Source: Utricularia gibba
Lineage: Eukaryota > Plantae > Magnoliophyta
NCBI GenBank assembly: GCA_002189035.1
Contig: NEEC01000017.1
Span: 2,542,001-2,606,000, forward strand
DNA length: 64,000 bases
Direction of reading: 5' to 3'
Position numbers and translations under genes: made by a program. The notes under the pieces were generated by a model. It searched no databases and was not told where the DNA came from. It saw nothing but the letters and a program-made list of their open reading frames with translations. Below, one piece after another: positions 25,145 to 37,859 of the stretch (position 1 is its first letter; each line of letters starts with the position of its first letter).

Positions 25145-26405
25145 TCACCTCTCACAAGCCGCTCTGCTTCCTCCTCCCGAGTAGAGCGGATTGGGAATCA
25201 ACTCATACTTGTTCCTCGCTGCCTTCTCCATATTCTTACTTGAGGTTGGTTTGGAGAGATGAGATATGAGTATCCGGGGCCGTCTCAGCATCTGTCCCAG
25301 AGAAACATGTGGTGGTGGCCCTGACTCTGATGAACGATGATGGCTCCGCCTCTTCGTCATATGCTCATGATCAACATCTTCCAGTAACAGTTTTCTAGAC
25401 AGTATGGCTCCCACGGAGATCGCCTCCATGGGATCCCGACGCCCTGTGGGGATGACGATGGGTTCGAACCATCCATTCTCCTCCACATGTGCTCTTCTGC
25501 GGCAGTAAATGCCTCTGTCTCGGTCTCCTTCCTGCTTTTTCTCGAGAAATTTACCCAGATAAGGATGGATTTTTTCATCTTCCTTCTTGTCCATCAATCG
25601 GGGAAACAGGCTTCTTCTCTCTGCTATTGCAACCGCTTCAGCAGCCATGGCAGCCTCCTCCATTTTCCTGGCTGCATTGAGCCTCATTTCAGCCATTCTG
25701 ATGCACATCTTTGAACTTTCAATCTCCCTCATCGCCTTCGCCATCTCGTCTCTTGAAGCATCCTTCATCTTCTTCACCTGGTGTGCAACCACATTGCTCA
25801 TCATCAACTGTTGAGGATCATCCACGCTGTTGTTCTCGTAGGGCAGCAGCAGCTGATTCAGTCTCACTTTCTTGTTCAGAGGCTCCAAAGATGCCTGGAT
25901 TACTGCAAGAGAAGTGGACACCTTGTTGAAGTTGGATCGGGTTCGAATCAAGTCGGCGAGCACCGACCCAGCATCAGGGACAGGATGGTCTTCCATCACA
26001 GACAACGAAGGTTCTGCCAATAAATCCGCTTTTAACCCTTCAACAAACTTGCGAATTCCTTCCAGCTGCTGTAAAACGTTGAGTGTCTCCTCCTCCTTCC
26101 TGATTAGATCTTTCTCCAGCAGCTCTGCCTGTTCCTGCAGTTTCCTTCCTTCAACGCTCTGTGTCTCCGGCTGCATACAAACACAATTCCTTTCATATGG
26201 CACAAATCTTAAACATGCGAGACACACAGCCGATAAGCAAAGAAAAAAGGCTCACATTACAGGAAGACGGCGCGTTCCTATGTTCCTCGGAGCCCCTGCT
26301 ACAACCAAATTCACCCGCACACGTGACAATTTCCAGTCCATAATCTAGGAGCGTCTTCTCCTGCACGGTGGAGGAAGAGTCAGAGTATGTAGGCTCTGCT
26401 GCCAT
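25145..26405 (-). CDS. WEB-family coiled-coil protein; exons 26256-26405 and 25145-26170 (391 aa as read)
   Basis: EQAELLEKDLIRKEEETLNVLQQL, EIESSKMCIRMAEMRLNAARKMEEAA and ISVGAILSRKLL are typical WEB-family blocks. An 85-nt GTGAGC...TGCAG intron joins the exons in frame. The N-terminus is poorly conserved. Confidence 0.75.
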
Positions 26406-27701
26406 GGCTGCTAACAGGAATATCGGAAGTGTCCGTCTGTAGAACTTGGACCTCAGAAAAAAGAATCCGGAATAATGATGCAAGTCTATGCATGTGCAGC
26501 AATGGGAAGAACAAAATACATGGCGGCCCGCTTTGATGCTCGGCCAAAATACGTTAAGAAGAAAACAAGGAGAGCCAGGTTAAGGCCACCGTGAAATGGG
26601 ACAGGAGTGATGTCAGAAGGATAGTTGTGGTGCGGGAGTATAAAAAGAGCGTTCCATTAATGAATAGAGACGTTAGATTTCGCAAACCAACCAAACAAAT
26701 AAACCCAGTGGCAGGGGTAGGGGTGGGGGCCCAGCCACAGAAATGCTGCAGAACTTGCACTGATCTGAGGTAAAGCTTCCATTACCAAAACACAACAAAC
26801 ATTTATTCCATGGTTTCTACGTCGCTTGAAGAACAACGCACCAAAACCAAGACATCATGCAGCAAACAGCAGAGACAGATATTCTAACTACGAAACTGAC
26901 GTTGCTTGGCAATTTAGAAGGCGAATTGGCCCATGATTTTGGACGCCAATATTCTAAGGGACCATTCCTGGAAACCCATAAGCATTGAATAGCAAACTTC
27001 TAGACTCTAAAACTTGCATAAAATTAAAAAAAAAAAGGAATATGGTACCGCACTGGTGACGGCTACTGGAATATTTCAACGTGGTCCAAAAACTGAATTG
27101 ATGAGCCCTAATTCTTCTCGATGAAAACTTTCACACATAACAAGCAAGCTCAAGCAAATAAATCGTAAGGGGAACCCTGTTTTCATGCACTCCAGCATTG
27201 CCAACCAAGAGATAGATACGACTATAGATGCGTTCAGAATCAAGCCTAAAAGGGAGGCGTGAGCGGCGGCACCGGCCACAAGAAGATGGAGAGTTACACT
27301 AGGGGCATCGGAAGCGGATCCGGCCCAGGACGAACATGGTGTTACTATGGGCCATCAGAAACGGGTCCTATCTTTAAGGCCCGCCATCCGACAGAATGAA
27401 TAGACGGAACAATAAAAATGAGACGTGGGCCGGATGTTGACCAGGTGGGCCCCAACTATATCATCCCGCTGACTGAAATTCAACGCCCCTAGGAAAAGCA
27501 GAGACACGGCGCCGCTGGCCCACAGCGCTGCCTGCCTTGAGCCTTCGTTGGGCGCAGGTGCTCTTCCCATTTTACCCCCGAGGGGTGTGTAATCTCCCCA
27601 AGCTACCCCTTCAGCGCTATCTATTTATACCTTGGGCGACATTCGTTGTTCCCATCCACAGCACACCTGACCAGAGGCAAGTCTATTTCGATTCGCGGGA
27701 A

Positions 27702-28184
27702 CTGGCTACAAATCAAGAAGCGCTGGAGAAAGCAAACAGGGCGGTTGTTGCCGCAGTCTATGAAGCCCTGAGCAGCCGCGACGCGGAGAAGATCCAGAAG
27801 ATTCTCGCGCCGGACCTCGAGTGGTGGTTCCATGGTCCTCCCTCTCATCAGTTTTTGATGCGCCTCCTCACTGGAGATCAGGAGACGTTCCGGTTCGTTC
27901 CTCACAGCATCTCGGCCTTCGACGGCGTCGTCCTCGCGGAGGGATTCGATCAACGCCGTTCCATCGCCTGGGTTCACGCCTGGACAGTGTCGGACGGTAT
28001 TGTCACGGAGGTGAAGGAGTACTTCAACACCTCCCTTACTGTCACGCGTTTTAGAAACACCGAGGACTCATCATCATCATCATCTTCTGGCATCTCGCCG
28101 CTACATAATTGCCCCTCCCTCTGGGCGAGCAGTCTCTCCGATCGCATCGGGAAATCCGTGCCTGGTGTGGTGCTCGCCATCTAG
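27702..28184 (+). CDS. SAG20: SAG20/wound-induced protein 1 (WUN1)-like NTF2/SnoaL-fold protein, probably CUG-initiated (first in-frame ATG at 27858)
   Basis: VVAAVYEALSSRDAEKIQKILAPDLEWWFHGPPSHQFLMRLLTG, WVHAWTVSDGIVTEVKEYFNTSLTVTRF and C-terminal GKSVPGVVLAI. TATTTATA at 27622-27629. Confidence 0.85.
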   Translation: MATNQEALEKANRAVVAAVYEALSSRDAEKIQKILAPDLEWWFHGPPSHQFLMRLLTGDQETFRFVPHSISAFDGVVLAEGFDQRRSIAWVHAWTVSDGIVTEVKEYFNTSLTVTRFRNTEDSSSSSSSGISPLHNCPSLWASSLSDRIGKSVPGVVLAI

Positions 28185-28664
28185 GGTTTGCGGGAGATCC
28201 GACGGCGAATTGCTGATCTGTGTGTTTTAAGTTTGTGTGCCCGTCGACGCGAGGGTTGTTCGGCGGCCCTTGGTCGTCGACCTTTTGTCAGTGACGCCAA
28301 TGTTTTTTTCCCATCTTATCCGATGTGCAATAATGAATAGTGTTCTTCAAGGGCCCGCGGGCAATTCAAGTAAAGTCGCCTACAAATGAATCCGCATCAG
28401 AGCGAGCGTCACTGACGTGTCGAGCACATCTCCACTGGGGGGTGAAGCACGAAAGCAATAACTAACCACTACACGACAGTCACACGAGGAGCCAGCGAAG
28501 CGATACCCAAACTATTTCAAAATACTCTCCACTCATTTTCGTGTGTAATCTGTTCCAAGGAGCGCTCTCAATGACTCTTCCCTCTGCTGCTTTCCATCCT
28601 TCTCTTCTCCTTAACTGATTCGTCCAGACAAACGAATTCCAAAACCAACCCACATGGGCTTAAC

Positions 28665-31585
28665 TCACTGCTGGCTGCTATCTTCGACGGGGCCATCTTC
28701 AAAACCATTGCACTCCAACTCCAATGAAGGAGAGCTTGAAGCATCCGGGGCCTTGGGGATGCCAATGCTGAGTCTTCAGTCTTACGAGCTTGGAGACCCG
28801 TATACCGAGCCAGGTCGATCCATTGCTGCAGCGTATAAAGGATACATGAATGTATGCATGGTTTTAACCAAAAGAGAGACGAGTGTCGCTCAAATCGAGC
28901 TACGAAATGAAGAAAAAGGGTGTGTTCCTAACCTGCGTTCCCCAGTAGGAGTTCACAGTTCTTGCAACAAACGAGATGGCATTAACGAGCAATACTTGGT
29001 CTGAGAATTGTTCCGAAATTCGATGCTCCACGATTCCTGCAATAAACTGCACCAACCAAAATGGTTCTAAGAAACCGTTAGCAGCACAAACAGGGCTCAC
29101 TTATGTGCAAGGATGCTAGCAAACCTGGTAACGTAGATTTGCTGAAGTCCCTAGGAAGGCGCTATATACAAGCGCTGTTTTCAGCAAAGGTGATCGTTTA
29201 GTTAACTGCCTTTTAACAGAGTCAGGGTTGAGAAGGTTCCTTGTGGCATACAGCATATTGGAAGAGGCAACAGCACCAATGCTAGAAATGAACCCCACAC
29301 CGGCAAGCTTTAAACCCCCGACCACAACTGATGCAATTCTGTGATTCAAATTCCAATTCTTCCCTGCAAGATTCTTTTGAAATGCATTGTCGGGAATCGA
29401 CCCCAGAAGACCTTTTACTGCTTCTAGACTGTCAGGTGGATTGATTTCATCAACCACTGGGAGAAACGACAATGTTGGAGCAGGAAGCCACACGGTGAAA
29501 AAGTCCACAACGGTCCCCCTAAATGTGTCTGTTATAACATAATCCAGCTCTTCAAAGAACTTCTCTTTGCGCCTCTCGTACTGGGCTATCAGTGTGGTTG
29601 TGACAGATATTGCTTCTTCTATAGCCAAGCGGTTCAGAAACTTGGGGTCCGCAAGCAATCTTTCTCTGAAACCCTGTACGTCATGGATTAAAATTTTCAC
29701 AACCAGCACTCATCCGCTGCAAGTATCAAGATGGCAGGACTAGAGAAATTTCACCTGGAACCTGTGAGATAATTCTGAGATCACGGGATACTTTTCGAGA
29801 TCAAAGAAATTCTGTAGCACTTCTGGTGATACTAGGCCAAGATCAAGTCCGTTCTGAAGGTCCTGAATCATAATAAGAACGCCAATGGGAATGCATATAG
29901 AAAAGCTACACATATTAAGAGATACATAGATGTCCGCATATGAAACTAAAAAATATATGTATGTCCGCATATGAAACTAAAAAATATATGTATCACAAAT
30001 AAAAGATGCCTTACCCGAGAATATCAAAAAAAAAAGAACAGTTCTCAAACATTAATAGAAGGACATTAAACCTGCGGCAGGGCTTCTCTCCTTGTGCCTG
30101 CTGCATTCATCACTCTAGCAATTTCAGCACGATCAAAGCAGTTTCTACTGCAGGGCCTTGCCCCAGAATACCATAAGAAATCTGCAACAGGAACCTCGCC
30201 TTCTCTTCGTATGTACTGCCTTTCAGGGTCAAGCAATACTATAACTTGGTTTTTCTTCTGCATTTTCCTTGATATACGAGCTGGTAGGCCGGTGCCTCTC
30301 GTCCCAAAAGTGACATGGCTAGCACCCGTCACCACAACAAGCATGCCTGTAGTTCCCCCATCGGCTACAGCTTGTAAGATGATTCGGGACATCGTGTAAT
30401 CTTCAACTGCTCGTGCTTGTACAGAAAGATACGAACTTGGCCCATAAGGAGCCAATGGATTGGGAGAATTCATATCCAGATATTGTCTCCTAGCGATGGA
30501 GGGGAATCCTGACATGAACCCTGAACCCGCAGGGGGTGCATATTTCTTGCGGTCAGCATTAGAAAGCCCCTGAACACCTTCAGCTTGAACCGTCCGCACA
30601 ATCTGCCAGGAAACAACCGTATACGAAAAGATGCTAAGAAGCCAGGCACGAAATTACAAAAAATCACTTGGACAAAGTCTAACACCCAAATAAATAGTAA
30701 GTTTTCATAGAAACAGATTTGTCACCTCGAGCGGCACTCCACAAGCTATGAGCTTTATAGCATTTTCACGACAGTAAATTAACAAAGGCTCATACTCTTG
30801 CCATCGGTCGGTAGGCCAATGTCCTACAAAAGATTTCAAGGTCTCGCCATTGATCCTGTAAGTTTACAAAATTGTCTAAATGTAGAAAAAGGTCCAAGAA
30901 CTATGGAGTCATACTTAACCCTATCTGCTGCACCTTCATTAACTAACAAGGAATTGCAAATACTGAAGAGGAATCCAAACCTGCCATCCATAAAGTAATT
31001 AAGCTGTTCCTGCAGATTACAGGGGAAAGCTTCCAAGGCCAGTAATAACGGACGCTCAGCATCCGCGCATCTCCTCCTCAAACTCTTTACAATCTCAAGT
31101 TCCAACTCCTTGTCGTCTCGAACAGGAACCTGCTCCGCCTCCCCTAAGTACACAATCCGCGAATTCATCATCTTCTCCCATATCTTGCTTTTATCTTTTC
31201 CCAGAGCCATTGGTTCTCCAATCACAGTCGCATCATAAATCCTGGAACTTATCACCTCCTCCTTCAGCACAGAGGCATCTGTAGCCGGTGAAACACTGGC
31301 GGCTGACTGCTGCGATGGCGTCGTCTCTGCAGTTGAAACGCCGACTCCTCCATCCCCCTCCGTCACAGGCTTCCCGTCGGCCCTGGCAACTGGCGATCGT
31401 AGTGCGTAGGCTGCAGCAACCAAAAGTGGAGTAATAAGCACATCTCGGCGCTTAGCAAGACGCATGTTTTCAGGGCCGTCGGGATCGCGGAGGCACCTAA
31501 CCATAAAGCTAACCCGGCGATGGCAGCCTATACCCGAAATTGCGCACAATCTATGCGGCTGCGAATTGAGGGTGGGTAACGCCAT
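28665..31585 (-). CDS. RER5/6: RETICULATA-RELATED 5/6-like chloroplast protein (DUF399 + DUF3411), multi-exon; stop at 28665 assumes a +1 correction at 28755-28758 (28568 as read)
   Basis: Transit-peptide-like N-terminus, [79 protein letters not shown]. Confidence 0.88.
29930..29991. repeat. Exact 2 x 31-bp tandem duplication in an RER intron
   Basis: ATGTCCGCATATGAAACTAAAAAATATATGT occurs at 29930 and again at 29961. Confidence 0.92.
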
Positions 31586-32179
31586 TTGGTGCCAACTCCG
31601 ACGGTTCCTCGTGAGGAACAAGTGCTGGAGCCTGCACAATTTCAGCCACGGGAATAAGGGAAAACATAAGCGCAAATACGTGGAAGATAAACACTATTTT
31701 TTAGTTGTGGCTCCAATTTGTCAACCATTTAGTGTACCCTACGACACCCTTCGATTATCCTTCAAGCCATCAGTCATTACAAAAAAATACAGTTTCCTTT
31801 GTGGTATTCCTTTTTCACTCGGCTTCCAGATGTTACACGGAGGAGGTGCTCCAAACCGGAAGATGGACAACGGAGAGATCTACTCCGGTTTCCATCAATT
31901 CGACGGCTGCGAATAATTCAACAAGCGATAAGTCTTATGTCACTAGCAGACAAATCCTTTTGTATCAAGTTAGCCGTTGAACGAAATCGATTCAATTCGG
32001 CAGCAGGTCGCTCAAAAAGTAGTGCAAAGTGGTAGCAATGTTGATGGATAGAATAAGAAATCATGGCATGAGCAAATCAACGAAAAATAAGCATATGATC
32101 TCCAGAACGAACAATCTGTTTGAACAATCAAGCCAAATGGTAATATTCGGCGACCATACTCATCGAATCTGGGAATCGA

Positions 32180-32815
32180 TCACACGCGTGCGGCAACCGC
32201 TGGCGCAGTCGCAGCAACGGCGGAGGCGGTGCCACCAATGAAGGATAAGAAACTTGAATTCGCCGATTCTTGGTCATCTTGGAACAGGTCCTCGGGTGCC
32301 CGGAAGGCTCCATGGGTGCAGACCACAGCGATGCCGAGGAGTAGAGCGGATATTACGAGCGATCCCACACTGGTGAGGAACATGACTACGATTGTGGACG
32401 CCAACAGGATCCCGAAAGTCTCCCGATCGGAAAAGCTTCGCCCGGCGATGACGAGCGGTTGATCCGAGGCACGGAAGGCATAGAGAAAGATCCAAGCGGC
32501 GAGTAGAGCGACCAGAATGATGAGAGACAGAGGGTGAGTGACGAGCGAGAGGGCGACGGAGAGAGCAATCACCGAGTAGTAGTTGACTCGGAAGTAGGAC
32601 AAATTCTTACGGATACGGGATGAGGCATCGGCGAGTGAATCTGGGCGGGAGAAGGCAGATCGATCGATGAGTTCCGTCCATGGACGGCGCTGAGAGAGTC
32701 CGTGGTTGATGGTGGCGCTCAGCCGTGAGACGAAGTTTCGCAGTGCCGGAGGGGCAATCGGCTGCTGGGGCTCCGATTGGGGGTTGGAGATGGGGAGCGT
32801 CGGTGCAGAGGCCAT
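32180..32815 (-). CDS. PRA1.B: Prenylated Rab acceptor 1, family B (single exon, 211 aa)
   Basis: RRPWTELIDRSAFSRPDSLADASSRIRKNLSYFRVNY, HGAFRAPEDLF. Confidence 0.95.
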   Translation of the reverse strand: MASAPTLPISNPQSEPQQPIAPPALRNFVSRLSATINHGLSQRRPWTELIDRSAFSRPDSLADASSRIRKNLSYFRVNYYSVIALSVALSLVTHPLSLIILVALLAAWIFLYAFRASDQPLVIAGRSFSDRETFGILLASTIVVMFLTSVGSLVISALLLGIAVVCTHGAFRAPEDLFQDDQESANSSFLSFIGGTASAVAATAPAVAARV

Positions 32816-33281
32816 CGCAGATCTTCAAAGAGAAGAGGAGAAGGTGAACGTACTAAATTGATCTGTAGATTGTAAACCCCAGCCGTGCTAAGGAAGGAAG
32901 TAAAGGGATTGGGCTCCAGGTATTTTTGAGAAAGTGGGCCCCCGATTGACATCTTTTCTGGGCTGCGCTGCCTTTGCCCCATCAAACTTGAATTTTATGT
33001 GGTGTGTCTGTTGTTCTGTACTGAATGGCTTCTCCGGGGAGTACAGAACCCGATGCAATCCCTTTGCACCGCCACCACGGCCCCGCCTGCTCTATTTATC
33101 ATGACCCCACACACACGCACGCCTCACCGGGAAATCACTAGAAATGAAAAATGAAGCATCCATAGTAGAGGAATGCCCGCACTTGAAATTCCGAACAAGT
33201 CGAACATGACATCTATGCGTGCAAAATACACTTGAAAAAGTGGCCAACACAAAGAGTAACAAAGCTTCTCGGTGCATGGAA

Positions 33282-36200
33282 CTCAACCAAGGGAATAAAC
33301 CATTTCCTCGGATAGTTGGCGCCCAACAGCTTTCACATACCTCTGTAACAGCTTCTGTATGTGCCTTCTGTTGTTTGGATCAAAAGCGTGTTGTATGTCC
33401 TGCAAACCACCACAGCATACATTTTTTTTTTTCCAGAATACCACAGCATACATGCCTAGCTCTGTAAATATAAGCTTATGCGTTTAGATGTTGCTCACCT
33501 TGTATCTGAGACGCAGTCCATTTACTCCAATAAGAACCTGTCTGAGGTCAACATCCTCTGCTTCCGTGGGGCTTGCAGTAGCTGTGCATGTTTCATCACC
33601 ATCTGATTCATCTTCCCAGGAATCAGAATCAAATTCCGTCATCTCCTCATCATTGACCAACAAAACATCACTGTTAATGTGTTCTTCTGGAACATCACTG
33701 TCCATATTTGGCATGTATGGTTCCGCATTAGAATAACTAGACAGAACCACATACTTTCTTCTGTCGAGAAGAGGCTTTGCAATGTGATACGGAATCCACC
33801 TACAGGTGACTTTAGTATTCAGAGAAGAAAAAGACTATTACTCAAGCCATCCAAACTGCTCAACAAACATGCAACTTACTCGTAGCGAAGTGGACAGAGG
33901 AGCTCAGATGGCTGATAAGCAGCTTTATACCTCATCTTGCTGCAGGAGTGAATGTAATAACCAAGATAATAGTACTGGAGACTCGGGCAATGCACCAGGT
34001 TCTCTTTGACCCACCTGATTTCTTCAAGAGCGGAGTACTTGCCAAGAGACAAAAATGCAAGATCGGGATCCCAAAATAAATATTTGCTGGACAAACAATT
34101 CGGGAGTATATCAATGACACCAACAGCCAAGAGCTTTCCATCCACCATGTACTGCTGATGGAACGACCCAAAACCACATGGAGGTACTGCACTATCACCA
34201 TTTGGTGGTATATGTATCAAGGGAGTGTCCACCAAAAATCTTTGGTACGAGCTTTCTGTGACATGCTCGGGCGTATCATTATGCACCAGGAGCTGATATT
34301 TCCTATACAAGGAGTACTCTTCCAAGTCGAAACTAGATTTTCTCAATCTAATCTCAAGAGAGCGTCGATGTTTCTGATGGCTTTTGCAGGATTTTTTGGA
34401 GTGGGCGGTATTATCACTATCCGCTGATAGAGTAGTTTCTGATTTGCTTGTACCTATTTCTGCCTCAAGCTTATCATGACTCCGCGTAGAATAGTAATTT
34501 ATGTGGCCATTACAAGCTCTGACTGACAAACCATATGATTCTGCCTGCAGCTTTGAGTGAAGAGCCAAGAATTCAGCAACCCCTTCAGGAGAATGCTCAT
34601 TCCAGTCTTTCTTATCTACAAAACCAACTTCAGCTACATCTCTATGCTCACCATCTCTCTTTGATCGCTTAAGGGTGGCTATGATCTGGAATGCCGCAGT
34701 GCATGAGAACACAAGTTCTTCAGAATCTAGAGCCTGGAACTTTTTTTTAGCTGCTGCAACTTTTTTGACCGAGGCCTTTGGCAACTGAACATCACACTTC
34801 AAATCCAAAGTTTTCAAGAATAGTTGTATGCTAGAGTTAATTTGATTCGACAGCACATGACCAAGGTGGTCAGCTTTGTCCCTAGCTTCAGAATCACGTA
34901 CTGACTGCTCCTCCACTGAGGCTTCAGTATGAGTTTTATCATAATCATGCTCAGTGCCATCCAATCTACCGGATGCCATATCATCTTTAGAAACGTATGT
35001 TTTCTTTACATCTAATTTGCCTTGTAAAAACCTACAGAAGAAAAAATTTTAAAAACTATTATCAATTCCACAATAAATGATGCTTTTAAGGTCATGCTGT
35101 GAATTTGAAAATTAGAAACAGAACTTCAGAAATTAAGAATTAGTTTCCAACCCAAAGCTTCATTCCAGACAAATGAAACACATTCCATACGCATCAAATT
35201 CCTAAAAAGCACAAACAAAACATACGCAACTATTTAGCCTTCAAAAAAAAATCAATCACGTACCTGTCCATCTTTCTGTAGACGCGAACCTGTTCTTTGG
35301 AAGGAACAAAATCCTTAGCTTTAAGACGAATTGTATAAGAAGGACAACAGGTTTGCTCCATATCAGGTTTGTACAAGTAACAGCCAGATCTTCTCCAGCC
35401 TCTGTCAAGAAGAACTACAGAAGACAAAAAATTTTCAAAACCGCCCTCTAAATGGAAACTGATTCAAAATTAACAGAATAAATAGAACGAACTCAAGCTA
35501 GATGTTACGAAAAAATTATTTCAGATGTTCTACAATGTTCATTATCAGTATTTTTGGTAGCTGAAATGGGAAGTCCAGTAAGTTACTGAAAAATTTTACC
35601 AGATAATAACATGCCTGCATAAAGTGGACTGAAGAAAGAGAGCAAGAATAAATACCTTGATATGCATCCACTGTCAAGCTATGTGCCCATAAGCCTAAGA
35701 AACATACAAGAATACATCAATTGATCTCCACAAAGATAACGACAAACAAAATGAATAAAATAGAAACGAAGAAAACAAAAGAAGGATTACAACAATGGGA
35801 TCATAATCCAGCATTAGCTAAACCTCTGATTGAGGAAGGACATGCAAAATTTGATTGATTCTAAATGAAGATGTTCTCAGACTAAGCGAAAACAGGGGTT
35901 AAATTTCCTTTTCAATCTTCAACATCATTCACTCGAGCACTTTTCCCTTTCAGTATTATTTGAGATTGGCGTAAGACGAAGGAACTGAGGTTTCTTGCAG
36001 AAAAGAAGTAGAAAGTGCACTTACCGAAATGCGCTTACCAAAGTCAATTGCTTTAAAACAGAAGAATATGATCGAAGAATGGAAGTTCAAGATACACGCT
36101 TCTAATTCATTCAAATCAACGCGCAATTTTATAGAAATAAGGAATGAATTACGACGAAAACGTATGAATTCGTATAGAACAATGCCAAGTAAAGCTCAAA

Positions 36201-36375
36201 TCGGAAGTATACTCAACGCACCATGAGAAATGCTAGTTCTCGAAGCAGACTTGCAGTATCCACACGTGCTATTTCGACGGCCGGTATCTACCACCACACT
36301 CTCTCCAGCGCCACCGTCTCCGCCTCCACTTCCGCTGGTGCTGGCTTCGCTTCTCATCTTCTTCGCCTCCGCCAT
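33282..36375 (-). CDS. ATE1: Arginyl-tRNA--protein transferase (N-degron pathway), multi-exon
   Basis: SVVVDTGRRNSTCGYCKS, LLDRGWRRSGCYLYKPDMEQTCCPSYTIRLKA, GFGSFHQQY, AVGVIDILPNCLSSKY, YYYLGYYIHSCSKMRYKAAYQPSELLCP. The last exon ends EMVYSLG* at 33282. Confidence 0.93.
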
Positions 36376-36751
36376 CGCCCGATCCACAACTGCCGGACTG
36401 AACCACTAACAATCATCTATTTTCCTGCAGCCGATTCAGCTGATTGGTCAGCTCAGCTCTATTCATCACAGATGGTAAAATAAAAAGTCGAATCTCCAAT
36501 TTGTGGCTGACTGGATTGCTGACTGTTTTTACATCGGCTTCTTCCCTTTCTTCCCTTCGTGATGGGAAGATAGAAGAAGATACTCACTCGAGAAAGCCCA
36601 AGAGGAAAGCCCAAGAGTGAATGATCTCGTAATCCTTGAGCCTTTAATAGGAAAAAAGAATGGAGTTCTGATTACCAGTCGTCATCCCAACAGGGACCCC
36701 AACCCATACCTAATTCCCAATTTCCCTTCCCCGATTCTTTCTTCCGCGGCG

Positions 36752-37177
36752 ATGTTGAGCCTGTGGAGAGCCGCAACGGGATCAGCGGAAGAGGATTACG
36801 GAGTTGAGTTCTGGACCTCGCCGGAGCTCTCTGGATGGCTGACAAAACAAGGCGAGTACATCAAGACTTGGCGCCGCCGCTGGTTCGTTCTGAAGCAAGG
36901 GAAGCTCTTCTGGTTTAAGGAATCATCCGTCACACGTGAAACCAGGCCGCGTGGCGTGATCGTAGCTGCGAATTGCAGAACTGTAAAAGGCGCGGAGGAT
37001 GTGCTGAATAGGCCTTACGCCTTTGAGATCTCGACGCCTGAAGAGACGATGTTCTTCATCGCCGATTCAGAGAAGGAGAAGGAAGACTGGATCAACTCGA
37101 TCGGAAGATCTATTGTGCAGCAATCCAGGTCTGTTACTACAAACGAAATCCTTGATTACGACAGCCGGAAACCGTAG
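36752..37177 (+). CDS. PH1: Pleckstrin homology domain-containing protein 1 (single exon, 141 aa)
   Basis: GVEFW..PELSGWLTKQGEYIKTWRRRWFVLKQGKLFWFK and EKEDWINSIGRSIVQQSRS. ATG at 36752; the ORF-track start is an upstream GTG. Confidence 0.93.
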   Translation: MLSLWRAATGSAEEDYGVEFWTSPELSGWLTKQGEYIKTWRRRWFVLKQGKLFWFKESSVTRETRPRGVIVAANCRTVKGAEDVLNRPYAFEISTPEETMFFIADSEKEKEDWINSIGRSIVQQSRSVTTNEILDYDSRKP

Positions 37178-37354
37178 ACCCTTACCAATTCCGGCACCGA
37201 TTTCTCCTTGTGTCTCGTGTATATTTGCTTTTCCCCTTTTTTGTTTGAGTTGAACATTGAATAAAATACAGTAAAGTTTGAAATGGAATGGTTTCATCAC
37301 GAATGCTTCAAATTCACCCAAGCTTCCGGAAGATTCAACATAAAAGGAAGCTGC

Positions 37355-37859
37355 TCAGTTGAGCAAGGACTCGTCGATCTCAATTCTAACAACAGTCCCA
37401 TCGTCGTACTTATCTTTTCTGGGAGGAAGCGGCGGCGCCGGTACCCTTGGTGGCCCTCTTCCCTTCGACTTGTCCTTGGGCCTCGCCTAAGAGCCCATCC
37501 AAGTTGCAAAATCAGAATCGCGAGAACAGAGAACAAAATATCTGGATAACAACAAGGAACCTGCCGCCTACATTTCCGAAGGAGTGCTTGAAGCGCTTCC
37601 CCCGAGCAGTTTTCTTGTCCCCTCGGCCACAGTAAACTGAAAAACGCCCCAAGAATCAGGGAAACGGGCACTGAAAATAAAAAGCAAAAACATTGTGCTC
37701 ACTGAAAGGGAGTGACGGCAGGCGGAGGAGTCCAGTGGAAGCCGACAACGAGGGAGGCGTGTAAACTAGGGATTGGGATTTGGAGAAGGAAAGAGAAGTA
37801 GCAGGAGCGGCGAATGAGGAAGCCATGGGAGGAGGAGCCCCGATGCACAGAGACGCCAT
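37355..37859 (-). CDS. PSRP4: Plastid 30S ribosomal protein S31 (PSRP4/bTHXc); exons 37703-37859, 37572-37636, 37355-37486
   Basis: Spliced product: Ser/Pro-rich transit peptide then [65 protein letters not shown]. All junctions are GT-AG and in frame. The ORF track does not show it as one protein. Confidence 0.92.

Noticed and set aside
25357-25578. Alternative-frame peptide AAEEHMWRR in the WEB gene, hinting at compensating frameshifts
   Set aside because: The main ORF is open from end to end and retains family motifs on both sides; the resemblance is too slight.
28836-28846. GTATCCTTT on the minus strand, resembling a U12 donor
   Set aside because: It lies inside the 3' part of an ordinary GT-AG intron of the RER gene, not at an exon boundary.
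31705-32035. Overlapping small plus-strand ORFs between RER and PRA1.B
   Set aside because: No recognisable homology; the region is explained as RER promoter and PRA1.B 3' UTR.
36592-36617. 13-bp direct duplication GAAAGCCCAAGAG x2 in the ATE/PH1 divergent promoter
   Set aside because: It is real and duplicates a site II-like motif, but such micro-duplications are common and nothing suggests a special role.
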